Of a stretch of 64,000 nt of DNA, positions 23,860 through 34,039 are shown in pieces; the first letter of the stretch is position 1; every line of letters starts with the position of its first letter. A program made the translations under genes and the position numbers. Source of the stretch: Dipteris shenzhenensis (Eukaryota); NCBI GenBank assembly GCA_047967505.1, contig CM106538.1; one strand, 5' to 3'. The notes under the pieces are model-generated. The model was not told the DNA's origin. It was given only the letters and a program-made list of their open reading frames with translations, and did not search any database.

Positions 23860-25440
23860 TGTTGGGATATGTCAAGGTGTATGCCTCAGGCACACCTTAT
23901 GTTTCTATGTGTGAGTGCTAGAGGCACAGTTAGGTGCCCACAAGCACAGTTAGGTGGTGGAGAGCCACATAGGATGATTGAGAGAATCTAGGAGCAGATT
24001 GAGGAGATGATTGTGGAGCTCTGAAGTCGTCAGTGATGTCAGTGAGCATGTATGAGGTGCCTACTTAAGGACCTCACTCTTCTTCATTCTACAAGCAAGT
24101 AATGCAAGTATTCTGAGTTTGTGTCCACTCTTTGCTTTCCTTTCAGCTTACCAACATGGTATCAGAGCCCTTTGATCCCCCTTGAGCCCATTTCTGCCAC
24201 ATCATCATCTTCTTCTTCATCTTCTTCTTCTCCATTTTCCTCTTTCTTCCCAAAGTCTTTGAGAGCTTGGTTCTCCACCTACAGACGACCATTGCCCAAA
24301 CCCTTTGATCTGGAAACTCCTCTAGTATGGACAAACTTCCACTTGCAAGCAATTGAAAAAAAAACATCTGTAGTGGCTGCCATTCCCTAAACAGCGCATT
24401 TTTCGCCATTTCTTATATTGCTCAATACTCCTTGCCTACTCCACCATTGCCTGAGCCCTCTTAGGAGTAGATGGGCGACCTGAAGACAAAGATTTTGAGC
24501 CATTTTTCAGGTCATTTGGTTTAGTAACAAGGGAGAAATCGTCAAAACTCAGGTTCAGCCTGTAGCAACTCTCTCGGGCAAAAGTGCACACCATTTCGTC
24601 CAACCTCTGTGCTAGACCCTCTCTGGTATATGAGCTTTCTTTTGCTTTAAGAAGCCCTCTTTTCCTTGCTTTGAAGAGTGAGCTACAAAACCTCCAAGTT
24701 CAGCCTTTTGGTTTTGACGGTTTTGGATAAGTTTTTGAAGATGATGCTACATAAAATGCTACTCTAGCATTTCTGGTTTTTTGAAACTTTCAATAACTTT
24801 AGTACAAGTGTGGCTTCAGTTTTGTTTTGAATTGCTAGACCTGGTTTTGATTGGAAAGTATTCATTTTAGCCACTTCTATGAAGCATGTAAGAAGAAGCA
24901 TCATTGTTTGAAATTTGGTCACAAGACTTTGCTACATCAAATGCTTATATTTTGAAGCATTTCAGTTGTTATTCTAAGCCCTGTAAGAGAGAAGACACTG
25001 CCCAATACCTGGGTTAGACCCTCTCATGGCTTTCTTATGCAAAATATGTAAAAAGCCAAAACATAAAGCAATGTCTTGTTATGCTACAAAGGATGAAAAT
25101 GTCAACTTGACTTCCTTGTTGAAGATTGCCAAAACAATGGTTGCCAAAAAGGAACCAACTACAAAGCCAGAGATCTACCCTCTCCTGGCACTTTTATTGG
25201 ACTCCAAGTACAAGAAAAAGATGAAGGTCAGATACCTAAGATATGCTTCTCTACACAACTATGGAGATGACAAGATAATTGTTCTCTTGAAGGATATGAT
25301 TTTCAGATCCACTTGTTCTATCATAGTACCATCTTATAAGGCACTAGACACTGCCCATGTGGTAAGACCTTGCCTTGACATGGATATTTTGCCTCCACAA
25401 GATGAGGCATCCTTTGAAGATTATGCATTTTAAATCATCT
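23860..25440 (+). mobile_element. 3'-truncated non-autonomous LTR element of the same group
   Basis: LTR 23860-24156 (TGTTGG...CCAACA), PBS TGGTATCAGAGCC at 24157, leader motifs shared with the 9764/14624/20762 elements; no 3' LTR found. Confidence 0.88.
25026..25433 (+). CDS. 135-aa ORF starting with a CCHC zinc knuckle (gag nucleocapsid-like)
   Basis: MAFL-CKICKKPKHKAMSC fits CX2CX4HX4C; ATG sits where gag starts in the sister elements; C-terminal part may be fortuitous. Confidence 0.5.
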   Translation: MAFLCKICKKPKHKAMSCYATKDENVNLTSLLKIAKTMVAKKEPTTKPEIYPLLALLLDSKYKKKMKVRYLRYASLHNYGDDKIIVLLKDMIFRSTCSIIVPSYKALDTAHVVRPCLDMDILPPQDEASFEDYAF

Positions 25441-25559
25441 CTATGTATGCTCCAGATCTCTCTTTTTATGTCAAGGCTTTGGCGGGAGTCCTGACGAGTT
25501 TGTAGCATAGATGACCGATGAGAAGGCATTGAGATTCTTCTCTCTGCTATCTCAGAGGA

Positions 25560-27182
25560 CCTCAACAATTCCCTCTCCTACACTGACGACTAGACCTACT
25601 GCCCAGCCATCCCCTCGTGTCCTTTGACCGAGGGGTCATCACCTACGCATGCCTATCGTAAGGGAAGGAAGAGTAGGAGGGGCCGCTTATGTTGTGCTGA
25701 CTCGGGAGATGTAGACGAGTCAACACACTCACATCCCTATAGGTTTCCACTTGGTCCCGAGACATAGTATTAGTCAGGTCCCTTGTCCTCTCCTACTCCC
25801 ATTGCTACTCCTCGCTTCGGAAGCGCTCACATAGCTTTCACTCGCTTTGACTCTGCCACTACCATCAATCCTTCTTACCTAGTCAAGGCCTCTCCTATCA
25901 AATCACAGCTATCGGAGAGATAATAGAAGTTAGAAAGGGCAAAGTAGTGATGGCCACCATCAGGCGGTTGATGAGCCATCACTTCAAGAGTGGCATTGCT
26001 ACTGATTGGCGGTATCAAGATGACCAAAAGAAGCAGGCAGTAATCGATGAATTAAAACAAAAATACCCTAACCCGCCAAATTGGGAGTTTAATGAGAATT
26101 ATATGCACGAGTGCATGGGTTTGGTCTTGAAGCATCGTAGATCAACCTTGCATACTTCCATCACAAAGGGGACGGCTAAACCCAGCTGGGCATACAAAGC
26201 TGATTGGAAGTTCTTCAAGAAGCAGAATAGGGACCATCCCGAAATGTTCAAGGGTCAGAGGAGGGTTGCAAGGAGATGGTTGGACACTGTAGGTACTTCG
26301 CACTTTGGTGCAGGTGGATGGTTAGCATTCGAGGCAACCATGGTAAGTCTACTTCTTCTCATTTAATGTATTGTTCTATTTGTTTTACTACATATTACAT
26401 GCACTTTATCTAACTCTCATAAATTGGATCCACAGCAAGCTGCGATGGGTCGTCTTTCTACAGATGCAGAGACACGACGTGTGTTTTGCATAGGAACAAA
26501 GCCGTGGCTTATTGAGCAAGAGGCAATGGGAGCGACGGTCGATTGGGTTGAGGTGGCTGCTCGCACGGTATAAGTCTACTCCTACTTGTAATCTCACTTT
26601 TTAAATTGTTTTATTCTTTAAGTTCCAATCTAATTTTCAATTTATATGGTTTCTCTTAGGGTCAAAGCTTGAGCATCCCATCACCGGAGGCGAGCAATCA
26701 CCAGGGCTAGGGATTAGATGCATGTGACGAGGGTCAGGGAGGAGGCGCAGCTCACGAGGACCAAGGATTAGGCCAACAAGACGAACGACGACGATGATTC
26801 GAATGAGTAGTAGTAGTAGTAGTAGCAGTTTGCATATACTTCGCCATGTATGTCATTTTGTATATTGGCTCGTTTGAGCGATTTTGTATCACCCTTTTCG
26901 AAAGGGTAATTTTGTAACAAACAATGTTGTATATGTTCGACATGTATATGCTTTTGTTGCTCGATCATTTCATTTGAGCGATTTTGTATCACCCTTTTCA
27001 CAAGGGAAATTTTGTAATAATTTTTTTTTTTGTAATTACAAAAAAAAAAAACATTAGTGGGCAAAATAGGGCTTGCTATGGCCCTGTTTAGCCCCACTAA
27101 TGCTTTTTTTTAAGTTCTGTTAATTGTCGCATTTTTGTGTACCTACACATGTTGGGCAAGGAGACCCTAAAACATTCTAGTG
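25560..27182 (+). mobile_element. 3' part of a CACTA (En/Spm)-like DNA transposon with TnpA/Ptta-like exons
   Basis: ORF 25947-26342 ending SHFGAGGWLAFEATM before GTAAGT donor; GT-AG introns 26343-26435 and 26568-26659; palindrome CATTAGTGGG...CCCACTAATG 27052-27101; terminus TTCTAGTG (reverse complement CACTAGAA) at 27182; left boundary approximate. Confidence 0.6.
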
Positions 27183-27639
27183 TCTTCATATGCACATTTA
27201 AGCCACTCCATATGTCACAATCCCCCCTATCCATAATCAAATTTCAAAGTACCACACTTAAGCCTACGTGTCTCACTGGCATATGACTCAAGGTCCTAAG
27301 CTACACTTATACTACAAACGACAACACCAATATATCTGTAGGTGACAAAAAGCCTTAGAACCCCGCATATTGAGAAATCCTACTCTTCCTGCAGAAGCCG
27401 TGGGAAAGAGCCAACAATTGGCTCGGTTCCAAATAGTTGATTCCACTACCAACACATGAATTGAATGTGCGAACAAAAAAGGAAGCAAGAACAGTAGTAG
27501 TAATCAATGCCCATGTGGTTGATGATGAAGTTTTAGGCAATACAAGACTTGTTTATGTAATACAAAGATGTTTTTTCTTGGATTTATATTTATTTAAAGG
27601 AAGTTCCTAAAAAAATCTACTAACATAATTCCACTTATC

Positions 27640-27760
27640 CCAAAGGCAAAGCCTATCCAACAACAAAGATATAGAATGAATCCTAAATATGCTAAGTCGG
27701 TTAAAGCCAAGCTAGATAAGCTCATCCAACCAAGAAGGATTCATTTTTCCATTGTGGTAG
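27640..27760 (+). pseudogene. Small gypsy pol fragment (N-terminal to RT)
   Basis: Translation KAKPIQQQRYRMNPKYAKSVKAKLDKL. Confidence 0.6.
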
Positions 27761-28731
27761 GTGTTTTAGATTAATTCATTCATGTCATAGTGGAAATGAT
27801 ATTTTAAGTCTTTGCCTCATATAGGGAAATTGGAAACCATAAAGTTATAGCATACATTCATGACTATTTTGCAGCAGTCCATGCTTGATGTAATTTTGTA
27901 GTGTTATCCAAGCCTACTAATTTGTCTAGAAACCATTCATTTATGTCATTTAATTATTCAGCAACTCACATGCATCTATGACAAGTGCATTCTATTTTGC
28001 AATCAAGGCTATTAAACCTTCTTAAATTTATCTCCTTGATGAGCTTATAATAGATTCAGTTGCCTCTGATGCTAATAGGTATTTAGACACTCCCATTACC
28101 TTCAGCTTATGTCACTTGATCATTCTATCATAGCTTAAAAAGTTTATATTATCATAGAGTAGAGTCTCTTATATGAAAGTGTCATACTTGCTCCTCTAGT
28201 CTTTAATACAATGTAGCCCTTGGTTTTCTTTGTTAGCATTGCTTCCACTTGTACTGTTTGTCACAACCTTTCGGAGTATTTCTTCTTATCTACCCTGATG
28301 AGCTTCACAACTAGAATCTTATTCACATCAACTTTACATTGGGCATATTTATCACATCTTCACATTCCATAGTGACTGACATGTCTAACTTTGGGTGCTC
28401 AACCATCTATAGCATGCAATCAGTGAGACTAATTGATTACTCTTTAATCCAAGTGGACTTATTTCTTTTTGGCATAATTCCCTGTTACATTCATCATATT
28501 TTTTGGGATTTGCTCCCAAATGTGAAGGATAATCTACTAATAATCTACAACTTAAGTGAGGAGAATGGAAGTTACTCTATAGGAACTAAGTTGTACTCAT
28601 TGTATATAGTTTTATTATATAATCATATGCACGTGTATATACAACTCTAACGTTTTTAAAAAAATCATTTTATTTTTGGATCCTATCCTATGCAATACAC
28701 CCTCAACTTATCTAGTGCAATTTAAGAGGGG

Positions 28732-28966
28732 TGTTGAGAATGGTGTAAATTGCACCATTGAAATAATGCATAGAGATAATCCCTAACCATAAAGGGTAAA
28801 TATGTATATATTCTTCATCATGAACTATCTAGTCTCATAATTTGATTATCTCAATGGACGTGGGTTTCACCTTATTGTAGGATGACCTGACAAAAGTTAT
28901 GCATGGAGTCCCTTGACTCATTAGTGTTTTATAAGTTGTGTATTTCCCATTGGTGTAACGTTAACA
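28732..28966 (+). mobile_element. Possible old 3' LTR
   Basis: AAGAGGGG PPT-like tract followed by TGTTGA...TTAACA; no partner LTR in window. Confidence 0.3.
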
Positions 28967-29976
28967 AATCTGTTCCATGAAATCCCACTCAAGGCCAAGT
29001 GGTTTAGTTCGTTTGTCCCTTGTGTCTAGCTATTGCAACATACCAAAATTTGTGTCCATATACGAGGCTTAAATTTTATAGTGCTAATACGATCAAAGAG
29101 GCAAAATAGCCATAAACCTCTATATATCAATTCTCAAAGGGTTAGATTTTAGGATCTCACTTTGAAAATTTTATAGTGTCTACATTCACTATTGAAAACC
29201 ACTTGGGGCCCAATTTGAATAAGCCAAACATGAGATTGTAGTAAAGGGTAAACGTTTTAGTTTATTTGAACCTTATTTTATAAATCATTTGAACCAAGAC
29301 ACCCAAGCCCTAATGTAGCTAGGCCTAAGCTCAAACTAGTATGTAAGAGCTCATTGTTCATGTAGTCGGGATTGGGGAACCCAGACAGCACACCCTTTAA
29401 GCTCCAATTAAGCTCCAATCAATATTGCACAAGCCGCAATGCACAAGTGGCAAAGAGCACACTCTTGTATCTTGCTTCAACGAAATCCCGAAGACGAGCT
29501 CTGCTCTTTGGATGACAAGGAAAAGCTTGGCATCGGATCTTGTAACGGCAAGTCTCCTTTTTACTCTAGACTCGTGCCTATAACCCATAAGACGTAAAAA
29601 TCCCTTGCACCATAATCTTGCTTATACTGTGAATCGCTGATTCTTGCACTCAAGAGATCGGGAATCGACCATGATGCCAAACAGGGGTTATTTCTATACC
29701 AATTCACCTGTGCTCCCAATCTATATTAAGGCATCTCCGTCAATGCACCACAGCATATTAGCGGATCTTTCATTCTCCAATTAACCTTCGGGTGTTGCTT
29801 GAGAAACAGCAAGTCCGATTGATCAGACGGATCAACCTCGGAAACCGGCCCAGGCACCGATCTCGTAGGTTTGCCGATGATTGTGAGGCCTTCTCTTTCT
29901 TGTTCAGGCTTCCGTTAACTGGAATATATGCATCCATCCTTATGGCGTATATTGTCTTCACTCTGTTTTTGCAGTT

Positions 29977-30654
29977 ATGGAAGAACAACCGAAACGATCA
30001 AGGCCGTCCGCCCAGGCCAGCGGCCAGCTTTCCCCAGTGCGCGCGCAGTACTCGGCCAATACAGCGTCAGGTCACAACGAGCCCCAGGGGAGCGCCACTC
30101 CATCGCCCGGTGGGGAATGGCAGACCAATGCGGTGGTGTATGTGAAGCAGGCGTGGGGGTGGACGAGCGAGAAGGTGAAGGGCGTGGCGTGTGCGCTGTG
30201 GCAAAAGTGGAACGAAAGGCGCCCTGCATTGCCACCTGCCTCGACTGAGATGAGGCCGGGGCGACCGTCTACATCGGAAGAAGGGGGGGGGAAGCATGAG
30301 CAGCAGCGAAAGGCACAGAGGAAAAGGGAGGAAGAGCTGGAAAGGGAGAGGAGGAGGTTGGAGGAGGAGATGGAGGAGGAAAAGAGGAAGGTGGAAGAGG
30401 CAGAGGAAGAGAAGAGGGGGTTAGCGGAGAAGGTGAGGGAGTTGAAGGGGACGCTAGAGGAGGCAGAAGGGGAGGCAAAGAAGATGGAGGAGCTGCGTGT
30501 AAAGCTAGAAGGTGTGGAGAGACTGCGTGCAGAGAACGTTGCTGAGCTTCAACAAAAAATGAGAGAGAAGAGACAGTCCCTTGCACGTCTGCATGAAGAT
30601 GCCAAAGCTTCTCTTGCCACCTTAACTCGCCTTCTCTCTAACTCTCCCTATTGA
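29977..30654 (+). CDS. Candidate host gene: 225-aa protein with Trp-rich N-terminal helix and long E/K/R-rich coiled coil, function unknown
   Basis: Uninterrupted ORF in a GC/CpG-rich island; no transposon motif recognised; acceptor-like TTTTTGCAG two bases before the ATG. Confidence 0.6.
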   Translation: MEEQPKRSRPSAQASGQLSPVRAQYSANTASGHNEPQGSATPSPGGEWQTNAVVYVKQAWGWTSEKVKGVACALWQKWNERRPALPPASTEMRPGRPSTSEEGGGKHEQQRKAQRKREEELERERRRLEEEMEEEKRKVEEAEEEKRGLAEKVRELKGTLEEAEGEAKKMEELRVKLEGVERLRAENVAELQQKMREKRQSLARLHEDAKASLATLTRLLSNSPY

Positions 30655-30961
30655 TCATCCTTCCTTCATATCTCTTCCTTCCTTATTACTTTCTCCTTCA
30701 CATCTCTACCCCACATGTATGAAACAATCAGCAGCAATTTGTACGCTTGTATAGTGCACTCTTCATGACCAGTCATCAACACCCTCTCGGGCCCCTTATT
30801 CTTAACTCCCACATGTTGATACTTCAACTCTATTTCATCACCTACTTTCCTTACTATTTGGTGTTCTTTTCCAAGGCTCATGGCATTACCTACCATTCAA
30901 CTCTGCCATTGTTTAAAAAATTTGTAAATTTCTAATGTATTTCCATCCTCAAGCATGAAAC

Positions 30962-31145
30962 ATCCTTGACTATGCCTTTATTTACCATACAATAAGTGCA
31001 ATACAATTTGTACATATGATTATATCATAGCCTTTATAAGTAAAACATTAATAATCCTTGACTATGCCTTTATTTACCATACAATAAGTGCAACATAATG
31101 TGTACATATGATTATATCATAGCCTTTATAGGTAAAAGATTAATA
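30962..31145. repeat. Tandem duplication, 92-bp period
   Basis: ATCCTTGACTATGCCTTTATTTACCATACAATAAGTGCAA at 30962 and 31054. Confidence 0.95.
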
Positions 31146-31463
31146 GGGCCATAGTATGTAATATGTGGCACAGATCTTTCTAATAAGACCTTGCCAATAT
31201 GCTTGCTCCTATTCACAATTAATGAATTAGCTGCCGCCCTTGTTTTTGTTGCTTCTATTCATGCATTAACCTAAGCTAGTAGTTTGTTGCTTCTAATTTA
31301 ATCACTCAATCTATCCTTGCTCCTCTCTAGCCTTTCCCTCTCTACTCCCTGCTCCCTCTCCTCTCCCCTCTCCCTCACCTTCCTCCCTCTTGTCCCCTAC
31401 TCCCTCTTCACCTTTCTCTCTTCAGGAAGTAGCGCTCGCTTCTAGACTCTTTTGCCTCGAGAG

Positions 31464-31720
31464 CTCGAGGGGTGCACCACTAAAAAATCCTAGGTATCAC
31501 GTGCGTTCAAGGGGTATTAAAAAAACCCCTCAACTAAATTTTTTCCCCTAATAAAACAACCCCTCTTTACTTATGAACTAACATATTTTTTTCTATAGTT
31601 GAATTAAAAACCCCCTCTTGTTATTGTAAACTTGTTAAATTTTTTTCGAAAGTGGAATTAAAGTACCCCTCCTTTTGAATGCATGTGGTACACTAAAATT
31701 TTGGGATGTGAACCCCCGTG
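31464..31720. mobile_element. hAT-type MITE (257 bp)
   Basis: 8-bp TSD CTCGAGAG at 31456-31463 and 31721-31728; imperfect ~55-bp terminal inverted repeats; internal AAA(A/C)CCCCTC subterminal motifs. Confidence 0.82.
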
Positions 31721-34039
31721 CTCGAGAGACTTCTATAGGCTTCTCTCTCCCTTAAGTTTTCCTTCAGCTGCACCACCAGGACTTATGTTAATTTGTACTC
31801 CCTCTCCTGTCATGACATGAGCTAATTAATTAATAGCTACATTCTATCAATGGGGGGCCCTATTAGTGATCCTAGTTACCCCTGATCTTACCCCTGATCT
31901 TTTATTGAAACATAAACATAATGAGAGACATACATAAACATGGCACAATGTGTATTTCTAAGAAAGGAAAGTACTTACATGTGATATTAATCAAATATGA
32001 TCAAAGTATATGATTAAAACTCAAGTCAAAAGGGGCACTCTTTAATAGGCTTACTTAAGCCAACTCTCATTAAATTTTCTTGTTAAACTCCAAATTTTTC
32101 TTCACCTCCATACAAGTTTTTTTTAAAGTTTTAATTCTTGAGGTAGCATAATGCAAGTTTGACTGCCAAAAGCAACCAAATGGATGGCTTCCTTTGAGGG
32201 AATGCACCATTTTATTTAGCATCCAAGTTTTAGTAAATGATAGAGGCTTTTACATAGGAAACACATTATTAGGTTTATTTTAAATGTTTCTCTTTAAATT
32301 TTAGAATAGTCTCATATTTCCAATAGTCCAGCCAGAGAAGAGAACAAGAGAGCAATGTGGCAAGTTCTTTTCATCTGACCTAACCTTGCTAGGATAGGGA
32401 ATGTTCATTGCAAGCTGAGGTGGCTTAGTTATACTTGAGATAGTTTGAGTAATTCCAATAAGGTTGATATTTTTTACTAATATACTCGACTTTGTTAGTG
32501 CAATGCACTTGGTATTCTTTTAAGTATTCTTAAGTGTGTGTAAGACTCTGTATTCTCCCATCACATGGTTCTCATGCGATAGGTAACCCTGACCCACAAA
32601 TGTGAATGTTGTCATCTACTCTGTACCCGAGTGCACCTTCCTTAGTACAGCAAGGGACAGCATCCTCACTGAGCATAGCAATGGGTTGGGTTAAAGCCAA
32701 GTACCTTTTTTAGTTTGCCTTGGGCGGGGGAACCATAGCATCAACATTTTAGCGATGTTATTGGGAAAGGGTCAATTATATTGTGAGTTGACAAGCTATT
32801 AGGTTAGGAGATTTAGAGAATTGAGTTAGTAAGCTCAGTGTTAAGGTCAATAAGATTCATGTTAACCAGCAATGAAGTAAAACACTTATTGGAAATCATG
32901 GGCTAGTATAGGAAATTCCTCCATGTGAGTCCAGATGAGTGGCATCCTCTGGTGGTGTGTTTGAAGACTGACGTGTGGGATACATAGAGTACTCAGAGGA
33001 TGTTTTTTGTACTGGACAGCTCCAACTACTACACCCCACTTCTCGTAACTTGTTCCCCAATGATCCTTAAATGCTTCCTCAACCTTGTGCTTGGGATTGG
33101 TACATAACAACACAAAGTATGGGTCATCTTTCTCATTCTCCATAGAGTTAGGGACAACTGCAAAGTTATCCCCCTCTTTTAGATGCTACTCGAATACTTG
33201 CTGCCTTAATTGATGGGTGACACACACTCGAGAAGATGAAGAAGATACACAGCCAGATGTGAAGAGTTCCTAAGCCAAGCAATTGGCTACATCTGACCAG
33301 CTACATCTGACCATGATAACTAGAGTGGTCTCAAGACCAAAGTTCAACATTTGAAAGAGGTTGGAAAAGTAAGAACTATCCAACAAGAGTGACAAGCACA
33401 AGGAGAGAGACTAGACTACACTACTTGAGGGGTGGAAGTGATTACTATGTAGAGACAAAAGGATAAAGCGATGGTGTTAGGCTGAGGCGACCTAGAAGAG
33501 ATGCAGATGAACGTGTCCATCCTGACAAGTGGAGTTTGAGCATTCGTCGTCTATGGAGAGCTTGTATTTCGAGTGGATGGCCATTTCCTCGGTGGAACAA
33601 TATGAATGCGAAGACCAGCTCAGAGAACAAAGAGAATGTCTTCAATAGTTTCGCATATCATTCCAGAGGAATTACTTCGAGAAAGGTATGAAGGTAGAAG
33701 ACCAACTACGGTTGATGGTGGTCAAAGAAACAACCGAAGGGAAGGGTGCCGTTCTTTAGATGGAGAGAGACACCATCAAAGACCCAAGGTGAATGTGGAG
33801 CAACTAAGGCAATTTGCCTGAGTTCCTGTCACAGCAGAGAGAAATTCTACTTGGCCAACATGTGTACATCAAACTGTATCTATAAGGCATGAAGGCAGCA
33901 CCAACTAAGTGAGAGACAATCTATGATGACATCACACACATGAAAGTAGTTATGATAGATGGAAGGCTAGTGACTTAGTTCTTCTAAGTGGAATAGCCGC
34001 TTACTCAGGTTATGGAGTAGAGAATTCTAATTCCAGCTC

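Noticed and set aside
22960-23991. His/Met/Leu-rich ORFs
   Set aside because: Translations of the hexamer and CT-rich repeat array
29770-30586. Overlapping and antisense ORFs around the candidate gene
   Set aside because: Expected shadows of a GC-rich, purine-biased coding strand
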